Source: an uncultured delta proteobacterium
Lineage (GTDB): Bacteria > Myxococcota_A > Polyangia > Polyangiales > Polyangiaceae
Assembly: GCA_963782055.1 (NCBI GenBank)
Contig: CAWAIF010000003.1
Coordinates: 3,616,001-3,680,000, forward strand
DNA: 64,000 nt
Reading direction: 5' to 3'
A program made the position numbers and the translations under genes. The notes under the pieces are model-generated. The model was given only the letters and a program-made list of their open reading frames with translations, was not told the DNA's origin and did not search any database. This document shows positions 8,297 through 16,098 of the stretch, piece after piece (positions within the stretch are counted from its first letter, which is position 1; each line of letters begins with the position of its first letter).

Positions 8297-9354
8297 GGGG
8301 CGTGGCAGAGGACGCAGGGCGTGTCGTGGGTCTTGTCGAGCGTGCTGTTGAAGCCGGGTCCGTGCGGGTTGCCGCCCGCGCCGCCCACCTTGTGACAGCC
8401 GACGCAGAGCATCTCGCCGGCGCCGCCGTGGCAGGCCGCGCACGAGGCGGGGTCCATGCGCGCGGCGGGCCCGTGCGCGCCGCCGCTCGCCAGCACCCAG
8501 CCGGGCGGGTGAGGGCTCTTGCCGCCCTGCGGGGTGGTGGCGCCCACCTGGTCGCGCTCGTGGCAGTCGGCGCAGAAGCGCTCGCTGCGGTGGCAGGTGC
8601 TGCACAGGCCGGGCGACGCGCGCGCCTCGTCGGCGTGCCGTGAGACGAAGCCGGCCGGGTGCAGCCCCTCCACGCGCGGCCGGTCGAAGCGGAGCTTCCA
8701 CGGCAGGGCGGGCGTGGTCACGCCGTGGCAGCTCGCGCAGAAGTGCTCCTCGTGACAGGTGGCGCACAGGTCGCGAGAGGCGGCCGCCTGCACGCCGTGC
8801 TCGCGGAGGAAGTCGCCGTCGTGCACCAGGTGGCTGGTCGGGGTGACGTGCTCGGCGGGGAGGTCCACGTGGCACGCGTTGCAGTCGCGGACGCGCCACT
8901 GATCCTTGTGCACGTGGCAGGTGAAGCACTGCGCCATCGGCGGGCGAAGCGTCGCCTGCTCGGTGCTGCCAGCGCCCACGTGGCACACGACGCACTGCCC
9001 GCGCACCTGCGCGACGTGCTTGGCGTGCGCGAAGCGCAGGTGCTGGCGGGCGAGCTCGTCCTCCTGCTCGGTGTGGCGCATGCCGTGGCAGGTCAGGCAA
9101 TCACGGGTGTCGTGGGGCTTGCGGTGGCACGAAGCGCACTTCTTCGCGGAGGGGAGGTGGAGCGGGCCGGTGTCGCCGGCGCGCTGCACGCCCTCGTGGC
9201 AGACCAGGCAGTTGATGCCCTTGAGGGAGTGCGCGCGGTGCTCGAAGGGGTGCTGCTGATCGCGCGGGTGAATCCCGAGCACGCCGGCGCACGCCGCGAC
9301 GGAGAGCGCGAGCAGCAACGGCAGCAGGGAGCGAAGCGAGGGGCGGCGCGTCAC
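8293..9354 (-). CDS. 13-heme c-type cytochrome lipoprotein (cytochrome c3/c7-like repeats)
   Basis: GTG 9354 in GTGA overlap with porin stop; lipobox LSVAAC; 13 CxxCH; FEHRAH and FAHAKH c3-like motifs. Confidence 0.9.
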   Translation of the reverse strand: MTRRPSLRSLLPLLLALSVAACAGVLGIHPRDQQHPFEHRAHSLKGINCLVCHEGVQRAGDTGPLHLPSAKKCASCHRKPHDTRDCLTCHGMRHTEQEDELARQHLRFAHAKHVAQVRGQCVVCHVGAGSTEQATLRPPMAQCFTCHVHKDQWRVRDCNACHVDLPAEHVTPTSHLVHDGDFLREHGVQAAASRDLCATCHEEHFCASCHGVTTPALPWKLRFDRPRVEGLHPAGFVSRHADEARASPGLCSTCHRSERFCADCHERDQVGATTPQGGKSPHPPGWVLASGGAHGPAARMDPASCAACHGGAGEMLCVGCHKVGGAGGNPHGPGFNSTLDKTHDTPCVLCHAP

Positions 9355-10563
9355 CGCGCCCTCTCGAAGGTGTAGGAGAGCCGGGCCAGGGCGTCGATCT
9401 CGTGCTTGTACTGCGGGCCGGCAGAGGCCTCCAGCGCGGCGGCGACCTCCCAGCCCGGCGCCGGGCGGTAGCCGACGGAGGCGAGGGCCCACGGCCAGAG
9501 GTCCCCCTGCCCGTTCGGGTCATCCGGGCGCACCAGCTCCAGCTCCGCGCCGGCGTGGAAGTGCCACGGGAGCGGCAGGCTCGCGGTGGCGCGGATGCCG
9601 ACCCACCGCGAGGTGTCGAAGTAGACGCGTCGCAGCTCGGCGCCGAGGGTGCCGTTCCACTTGTCGTCCAGGGCGAGGCGCCCGCGGAGCGCGACCTGCC
9701 CGCCCACGATGTCGTCCTGCACCTGCGCCGACGCCGTCCCCACCAGCTTCAGCCGGGGCGCGGCCTTCCAGTAGACGCTGCCGCCCGTGGTGGTCGCCGC
9801 GATGTCCCCCAGCACCGAGAAGAGCGACGTCTTGGGGAGAAGCCGGCCGGGCGATCGACTGGTGAGGAACGCCTCGAAGCGGAGCGGGCCGGTCTGCACC
9901 GAGGCGGAGACGAGCGCCTCGGCGAGGCCGGGGTCGATGAGAATCGAACGCGGCGCGGCCTGTCGCGGAGAAGACCTTGCCCGGCGTGAGCGTCAGGTCG
10001 GCGCCCGCTTCCTGGTACTCGGGGTGCTCCTCGTTACGCTGCTGCATGTACGATCCGCCGACGGCCAGCCAGTCCCCTGCGGTCTGCGCGACGCGTCCGC
10101 CGACGGCCCACTCGACGCCGTGGTAGTCGAAGCGGGGCGCCACAGGGAAGCCCCCGAATGCCTCCACGCTCGTCCCCCACGGCAGGCGCAACAGCCCCCG
10201 CACTCCGTCCAGGTGGAGCGGCCGGATCGCGCCGGTGGCGATCACCATGCGCCCCGCGCGCACCTCGCCGAGGCCGTGCGGATCGCGGACGCGAACCGAG
10301 AGCGTCAGCACGTCGCCGGTGGCCTCCGGATCGTTGGTGACGCCCACCCACATCACCGACTCGGCGTCCACCCACGGTCGCAGCCGGTCCTGGCCGGTGA
10401 GCACGAGCAGCCCCGCGGGGGTGCCCGACTGCGGCGACGTCTGGACGAGAGCGTCGCCCCGCAGGCGCAGCGGATCCGCCGCGGCGATCGCGGGGACCAG
10501 CGCAAAGGCTGCGGCCAGAAGGGTCACGAGAGACTTGCCTCCGTGACGACGAGACGCTTTCAT
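9351..10563 (-). pseudogene. Predicted outer-membrane beta-barrel (porin of a porin-cytochrome complex) interrupted by a 1-nt insertion: real pseudogene or sequencing error
   Basis: Signal peptide ...PAIAAA|DP; amphipathic beta-strands; C-terminal LARLSYTF. Removing one A at 9942/9943 joins ORF 9520..10602 to ORF 9351..9899 (GRAAFD-LIDPGLAEALVSASVQTG), ~403 aa. Alternative start GTG 10527. Confidence 0.75.
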
Positions 10564-10596
10564 CGCGGTTCCATTGAGTGGTACGAGCAAATCGGC

Positions 10597-11250
10597 ATGC
10601 ACGAGTGGCTAGGATGGACAGCGTTGGGGTGTGCGGGGATCGCGGCGGCGCTGCTGATCCAGCACCTGTGGCGCAGGCCCGCCCTCACTCCGGACACCCG
10701 CCTGCGCCTCCTCTTCGGGCTGGGCGTGTTTCCCATCCTTAGCGCCGGCGCGGCCAACATCAAAGGTTTCCAGTCGATGGAGTCTCGCAAGTTCTGCGGC
10801 TCCTGCCACGTGATGATCCCCCAGGCGACGGATTCGCGAAACCACCAGAGCCACTCGCTCTCCTCCATTCACGCGCGCAACAAGTTCTTCGGGGAAGACA
10901 ACTGCTACTCGTGCCACGCGGACTACGGCATGTACGGCTTCGTCGTCACCAAGATGGGTGGCATGCGGCACGTCTACTACTACCTCACCAAGTTCCGGTC
11001 TGTCCCGGTCGACGAGGCGAAGCGAGAGATCCGCATCAACAAGCCGCTGCCTAACGGCAACTGCATGGAGTGTCACACGACCACGGCGCCCGACTGGCTG
11101 GAGATCGGCGACCATGCCTCCGCGGTGGAGGGCGTACGCAACGGCAGCATCTCGTGTGCGAGCCCCGGCTGCCACGGCTACGCCCACCCCAACACCAAGA
11201 CCGCCGCCGAGCTCGAGCTGGCGCGGCCGGTGGGGGACGCCGGGCTGTGA
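10597..11250 (+). CDS. NapC/NirT/NrfH/CymA-family tetraheme membrane cytochrome c (quinol dehydrogenase)
   Basis: Two N-terminal hydrophobic segments; FCGSCHVM (CxxCHxM), CYSCH, CMECH and fourth site CASPGCH; KMGGMRHVY helix. Confidence 0.88.
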   Translation: MHEWLGWTALGCAGIAAALLIQHLWRRPALTPDTRLRLLFGLGVFPILSAGAANIKGFQSMESRKFCGSCHVMIPQATDSRNHQSHSLSSIHARNKFFGEDNCYSCHADYGMYGFVVTKMGGMRHVYYYLTKFRSVPVDEAKREIRINKPLPNGNCMECHTTTAPDWLEIGDHASAVEGVRNGSISCASPGCHGYAHPNTKTAAELELARPVGDAGL

Positions 11251-11531
11251 AGCTGCGCATCCCCTCCAACGACGCCACGCTCCGCATCGCGTGCGTGATG
11301 GCGCTCCTGGCGCTCCCGCTGATGGTGTGGTCCGTCTTCGACCCCACCGTGTGGCCGATCATGGTCGCCCTCTCCGTCGGCCAGGCGCTCGGGACGCTCT
11401 CCTTCTTCGCCTTCCTGGTGGTCGTCGCGCGCGACCTGCGCATCCGCCGGAAGCTGCGCATCCAGGCCGCCACCGACGCGGCGAGCCTCCCGCCGCCCAG
11501 CGTGAGCGAGCCCCCCGAGTCGAAGGGATGA
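11247..11531 (+). CDS. Small two-TM membrane protein coupled to the NapC-like gene
   Basis: GTGA overlap; 94 aa with two hydrophobic helices then a basic tail. Confidence 0.7.
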   Translation: MKLRIPSNDATLRIACVMALLALPLMVWSVFDPTVWPIMVALSVGQALGTLSFFAFLVVVARDLRIRRKLRIQAATDAASLPPPSVSEPPESKG

Positions 11532-11557
11532 TTCCCTTCACGGCGGCTTCCGGGCAT

Positions 11558-11580
11558 CGGGGCGGCCTGTGCCGCCCCGG
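11558..11580. terminator. GC hairpin between converging transcripts (possible terminator)
   Basis: GGGGCGGC-CTGT-GCCGCCCC stem-loop; no clear U-tract; more short hairpins at ~11522-11539 and ~11595-11609. Confidence 0.3.
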
Positions 11581-11616
11581 CGACGAGTGAGAGCGCCGTC
11601 CTGGACGGCTCTGGAG

Positions 11617-11698
11617 TGCGAAGGAGGGGACTTGAACCCCTACGGTGTTACCCGCTAGCACCTCAAGCTAGTGCGTCTGCCAATTCCGCCACCTTCGC
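11617..11698 (-). tRNA. tRNA-Leu (GAG)
   Basis: GCGAAGG/CCTTCGC acceptor stem; anticodon arm CTAGC-TTGAGGT-GCTAG; long variable arm; GTTCAAG T-loop; CCA not encoded. Confidence 0.96.
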
Positions 11699-11734
11699 GT
11701 GGGCCCGGAAAGAAAGACCAATCCGAGGGCGCCG

Positions 11735-12811
11735 TCAAGCGCGTCGTTTCGCTTCCAGCAGGGCCGAGACGATCTCGCCCACCTCGAAGGGCTTGCGGAC
11801 CCAGAGGGCGCCGGTGGAGCCCTCGGGCAAGGCGTCGGCGCTGCCGGTGATGAAGACGATGGCCGCGCGCTCCGCCTGACGGCGGACCAGGTCCAGGGCG
11901 CCCTGGACGTCGGCGGCGATGGGAGAGAGGTCCACCAGCACCGCGTCGTGGTCGGCCCGCAGGTGGCTGGCGAGCTCCCCGGCGGTGCGCGCGACGGTGA
12001 CGTGGGCGCCGCGGGCGGAGAGGGCAGCCTCGAGCAGGTCGGTCACGTCGGCGTCGTCCTCCAGGATGAGGACGCGCGAGCCGGCCAGCACGGCCGCCTT
12101 CAGGGTGGAGCGCGAGGGCGAGCCGGCGCGAGGCTCCTCGGCGCGCGGCCAGGTCAGCCGGAAGCGGGCGCCGCCGTCGGGGTCGGAGGCGAGGGCGAGG
12201 TCCCCTCCCGCCGCGCGGGCCATGGCCCGCGCGTGACGGAGGCCCACGCCGGCGCCCCCGGTGCGGGTGGTGTCGCCCTCGAAGACCGTGCTGGAGCGCT
12301 CGTCGGGGATGCCCGGGCCGTCGTCCTCCACCTCCACCGTCACCTGAGCACCGGAGACGATGCTGACGATGCGCACCTCGCTGCCGCGCGGGGCGTGGGC
12401 CAGGGCGTTGAGCACCAGGTTGGTGACGATCTGCGACACGTCCTCCCCGAGGGGCACGCGTGTGCGGTCGTCCCCGCGGCGCACCAGGCGAATCCCCGCC
12501 CGCTCCGCCTCCACCCGGAGGGCCTCCTCCGCGCCGCGCAGCACCTCCCCCAGCTCGGCCTCGCGGCTCGCGGGGACCTCGGCGCCGATGGCGCGGCGGG
12601 CGAGGTCGCGCGCGGCGCGCGCACGCTGCTCGACGATGCGCAGCGCGTGCTCCACCTCCTCGGCGGTGGCGCCGGGGGCGCGAGCCTCGGCCACCCACCC
12701 CAGCAGCACGGTGAGGGCATTCGACACCTCGTGCAACGCCCCCTCGAAATCGTGGCCGGGGGTGTCGGGGACAGAGCCCCTGACCGTGCTGGGATGTTTG
12801 GCGTCCGGCAA
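11735..12811 (-). CDS. Hybrid histidine kinase/receiver protein with no input domain
   Basis: H-box LHEVSNAL near N-terminus; NLVLNA, DDGPGI, GAGVGL boxes; receiver LILEDD...VLVD...KPF. Confidence 0.88.
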   Translation of the reverse strand: MPDAKHPSTVRGSVPDTPGHDFEGALHEVSNALTVLLGWVAEARAPGATAEEVEHALRIVEQRARAARDLARRAIGAEVPASREAELGEVLRGAEEALRVEAERAGIRLVRRGDDRTRVPLGEDVSQIVTNLVLNALAHAPRGSEVRIVSIVSGAQVTVEVEDDGPGIPDERSSTVFEGDTTRTGGAGVGLRHARAMARAAGGDLALASDPDGGARFRLTWPRAEEPRAGSPSRSTLKAAVLAGSRVLILEDDADVTDLLEAALSARGAHVTVARTAGELASHLRADHDAVLVDLSPIAADVQGALDLVRRQAERAAIVFITGSADALPEGSTGALWVRKPFEVGEIVSALLEAKRRA

Positions 12812-14089
12812 TCAGCCCTCCGTGGGCGGTATCTTGGGGGTGTTGCCGCTCGTCAGGCGCCGGGCGGCGGCGGCGAGGTCGATGCCGGTGGCGGCGCGCA
12901 CCTGCTCGGCCGTGAAGATGGCCTTGCGGGCGAGATCGCCGTCCTGGACGGTGGGAAGGACGGTGAGCTTGCGGACCCCGACCTTCTGCGTGGCCCCGGC
13001 GATGGCCTGGGCGAGGGGCATCATCTTCTGCACGACGAGCACCTCCCGCGCGGAGCTGCCGGCGCGCTTGTACTGCTCGACGAGGGCGTGCAGCGAGGCG
13101 GCCTGCGCCCTGCCCTGCTCCACGATGCGGGCGGCGGCGCCGCGCGCCCGCTCCTCCGAGGCCTTGCGCTGGGCCTCTGCCGGCTGGACCACCTCGGCGT
13201 CCAGCTTGCGCTGCACCTGCAGGACGCGGGCCTTCTGCCGCTCGATCTCCGCGCGGGTCTTGGCGACCTCGGCGGCGACCTGACCCTCCGATTCGGCGAT
13301 CATGGCTGTCCTCTTGGATCGCGCGTCGGCGATTCGCTTGGCGTACTGCTGCCGGGCGATCTCCAGGTCGGCGTCGATCTTGGCCAGCTCGGCGTTCATG
13401 ATGTTGGTCGCCTTCTGGACCGCCGCGTCGGCCTGGGCGGAGGCCTCGGCGATGGCGGCGTCCTGCCGGACCGTGGCGCCGCGGATGCGGCCGATGGAGT
13501 TGAAGTAGCCGACGTCGTCGGAGACGCTCTGGATCTTGAGCGTGTCCAGCGCGAGGCCCATGCGGTTCATGTCGTGCTCGGCCTCCTCGATGAGGCTCTG
13601 CGCGAAGCGGGTCTTGTCCTCGTTGACCTGCTGCGGGGTGAGCTGCGCGAGCACGCCGCGCAGGTTGCCCTCCAGCGTCTCCTTGGCGATACGCATGATC
13701 TCCGGCTGGGACTTGCCGAGGAAGCGCTCCACCGCGTTGGCGAGCAGGTTCTCCTCGCCGGCGACCTTGACGTTCGCCACGCCGACGACGTTGAGCGGGA
13801 CGCCGCCGCGCGCGTAGGCGTTCTGCACGACCACGTCGATCGTGAAGGTGGTGAGGTCGATGCGGTCCACCTGCTCCAGCAGGGGCACGCGCAGGCTGCG
13901 ACCGCCGCGGACGGCGCGGTAGCCGACCTCCTTGCCGCTGACCAGGCGGCGGCGGCCGCTGAAGATGAGCGCCTCGTTGGGGGTGCTCACGTAGAGCAGA
14001 CGACGGAGCATCATCGAGAGGAAGATGAGGACGACGAACGCCGCGAAGACCAGGACCGCGATGATCCCGAAGGGGTTGTTGCCATTCAT
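12812..14089 (-). CDS. Flotillin-like SPFH domain protein
   Basis: N-terminal TM, PNEALIFSG, ANVKV, TLEGNLRGVL, AEA coiled-coil repeats; ATG 14089 overlaps upstream stop. Confidence 0.92.
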   Translation of the reverse strand: MNGNNPFGIIAVLVFAAFVVLIFLSMMLRRLLYVSTPNEALIFSGRRRLVSGKEVGYRAVRGGRSLRVPLLEQVDRIDLTTFTIDVVVQNAYARGGVPLNVVGVANVKVAGEENLLANAVERFLGKSQPEIMRIAKETLEGNLRGVLAQLTPQQVNEDKTRFAQSLIEEAEHDMNRMGLALDTLKIQSVSDDVGYFNSIGRIRGATVRQDAAIAEASAQADAAVQKATNIMNAELAKIDADLEIARQQYAKRIADARSKRTAMIAESEGQVAAEVAKTRAEIERQKARVLQVQRKLDAEVVQPAEAQRKASEERARGAAARIVEQGRAQAASLHALVEQYKRAGSSAREVLVVQKMMPLAQAIAGATQKVGVRKLTVLPTVQDGDLARKAIFTAEQVRAATGIDLAAAARRLTSGNTPKIPPTEG

Positions 14090-15435
14090 CGCGAGCCTCC
14101 CCTCAGGGTGGCGGGCGGCAGCTCGCCGGGTGGACTCGAGCCCACCGGGCCGATGAGGGCGCGGACGTCCACGCCCATCGCCCGGCCGGTCTCCTCGAGC
14201 ACGCGCGCCACGCTCATGGAGAAGGCGGAGGCCACCGCGCCGAGGCTCCGGCCGTCGCCGCCGTCGACGATCTCCAGCTCGGTCACCTCGAGCTGGGAGA
14301 CGCGGGCGACCGCCGCGGCGACGACCCCGTCGAGCTGCTGCAAGAGGTAGATGTCGCGGCCGCTCCCGCCGGCCGCGGCCCACTCCGCGACCACGAGGCT
14401 GAGGGCCTCGGCGGTGGCCTTGCCGTTCTCGGTGATGGGCGCCGCCTCGCCGCGCGCGCGCGACGCCTGCGCCTGGGCCTGGGCCTCGGCGGGGAGCACC
14501 GTCTCGACCTGCAGCGCGAGCTTGGCGAGCTCGGCGCGCAGCCCCTGGAGGTCCTGCTCGGCCTTGGCGCGCGCGGTCTCCGCCGCCACCTGCGCCTCGT
14601 TCTCGATGCCCTGCGCCTCCGCCTCCAGCTTGGCGATCTCCGCGCGGAAGCCGTTGCGCCTCTGGAGGATCTGCGCCTCCGCCTGCTGCTGCGCGCTCTC
14701 GGCGCGCTGCCGGTTCTTCGCCTGCTCCTCCTTCACGCGCTGGTCGGCCTGGCTCTCGGCGTTCTGTCCGTCGCGCACCATGGCGGCGATCTGCGCGCGG
14801 CCGAGGTTCTGCAGGTACTTCTGGTCGTCGGCGACGTGCTGGACCTTGAGCACGTCCAGCTCCAGGCCCAGCTTGTCGAAGTCGTCCTTGGCGTTGTGGA
14901 CCAGCGAGCCGGCGAACTTCAGGCGGTCCTGGTTGACCTCCTCCGGGGTGAGCTGGCTCAGCACCTCGCGCAGGACGCCTTCGAGCGTCTGCTTGGCGAC
15001 CATCAGGATCTGGTTGGTGGGCACGCCCAGGAAGCGCTCCACGGCCTGCCGCACCAGCTTCTCGTCGGTGGAGATCTTGACGTTGGCGATGGCGTGGACG
15101 TTCAGGGGGATGCCGCCCTTGGAGAAGGCGTTCTGCACCGCCACCTCCACGCCGTACAGCCGTACGTCCATGCGCGAGACCTGCTCGAGCAGCGGCCAGC
15201 GGAGGGCGCGGCCCCCGTGGATCACCTTGAAGCCCACCTGCGAGCCGTCCGGCAGCTTGTGCTTGCGGCCGGAGAAGACCAGGATCTGGTTGGGAGCGCA
15301 GATGTAGAGGAAGCGCGTCACGAAGAAGACGACGATGAACAGCGCCAGGAGCGCGCCCACGCCCACCCCCAGGCTCTGCGCGAGGTCGGCGGGATCGAGG
15401 ATCGTGTCGCCGCCCGGTGTCGGTAGAGGAGCCAT
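14086..15435 (-). CDS. Flotillin-like SPFH domain protein (paralog)
   Basis: PNQILVFSG, IANVKI, TLEGVLREVL, EA/AQ coiled-coil. Confidence 0.92.
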   Translation of the reverse strand: MAPLPTPGGDTILDPADLAQSLGVGVGALLALFIVVFFVTRFLYICAPNQILVFSGRKHKLPDGSQVGFKVIHGGRALRWPLLEQVSRMDVRLYGVEVAVQNAFSKGGIPLNVHAIANVKISTDEKLVRQAVERFLGVPTNQILMVAKQTLEGVLREVLSQLTPEEVNQDRLKFAGSLVHNAKDDFDKLGLELDVLKVQHVADDQKYLQNLGRAQIAAMVRDGQNAESQADQRVKEEQAKNRQRAESAQQQAEAQILQRRNGFRAEIAKLEAEAQGIENEAQVAAETARAKAEQDLQGLRAELAKLALQVETVLPAEAQAQAQASRARGEAAPITENGKATAEALSLVVAEWAAAGGSGRDIYLLQQLDGVVAAAVARVSQLEVTELEIVDGGDGRSLGAVASAFSMSVARVLEETGRAMGVDVRALIGPVGSSPPGELPPATLRGGSR

Positions 15436-15515
15436 GCGGCCGAGACTACGCCCCTCGGGTTGGGGTAGGAAGCCAATGTGACGAGCTGCCCCAGCCGCAC
15501 GCGCGTGACGTCACC

Positions 15516-16064
15516 TCAACTCAGCTCCTTCGGCGCGCGGCTGACGGTGAGGCGGTCTTCTTCCAGCTCCTCCACGACGACCGAGTCGCCCTCCGCCAGT
15601 GGCTCGTCGGAGTGGGCGACGTAGTCGACGACGCTCCCCTTGACGCTGACGCGCACCTTGGCGTGTCCCTCGTCCGACGGCGGAACGATCACCCGGCCGA
15701 CCAGGCCGACGACGTCGCGCGCGCCCACCACGCTGGAGGTGTCCTTGACCAGCAGCCGCCGGATCACCAGCGAGGCCGCCGCGCCTGCGGCGAGGCCCGC
15801 GCCCAGCGCGACGACCAGGGCGACGATCTTGCCGGCGAGGCCGAGGAGGCTGAGCGCGCCGCCCACCAGCCCGAAGGTCATCAGGGCGAAGGCCCAGAAG
15901 CGGACGCTGGCGAGGACCCACAGCGCGGAGTCCAGCCCGGCGTCGTGGTCGCCGTGGACCCCCACATCGTGGTCCATTCCACCCGGTGCGTCGTGACCAC
16001 CCACGAGCTGCAGCGCGAGCGCACCGAGCCCGACCACGAGGGCCGCGAGGTAGACCGCAAGCAT
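15516..16064 (-). CDS. NfeD-like membrane protein with C-terminal OB fold
   Basis: Hydrophobic helices followed by VVGLVGRV...VRVSVKG...GDSVVVEE; immediately upstream of flotillins. Confidence 0.82.
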   Translation of the reverse strand: MLAVYLAALVVGLGALALQLVGGHDAPGGMDHDVGVHGDHDAGLDSALWVLASVRFWAFALMTFGLVGGALSLLGLAGKIVALVVALGAGLAAGAAASLVIRRLLVKDTSSVVGARDVVGLVGRVIVPPSDEGHAKVRVSVKGSVVDYVAHSDEPLAEGDSVVVEELEEDRLTVSRAPKELS

Positions 16065-16098
16065 GTCCGGAGGATGGTAGCACCCTCCGAGGCCGCGC

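Noticed and set aside
8297..9100. N-terminal extension making a 934-aa cytochrome, as in the ORF track
   Set aside because: Out-of-frame shadow of the 13-heme gene; the real start is ATG 8296 with ATGA coupling and a TM anchor.
2420..11698. Cytochrome cluster as a genomic island integrated at the tRNA-Leu 3' end
   Set aside because: It does abut the tRNA 3' end, but I found no integrase, no duplicated tRNA 3' fragment and no obvious compositional shift.
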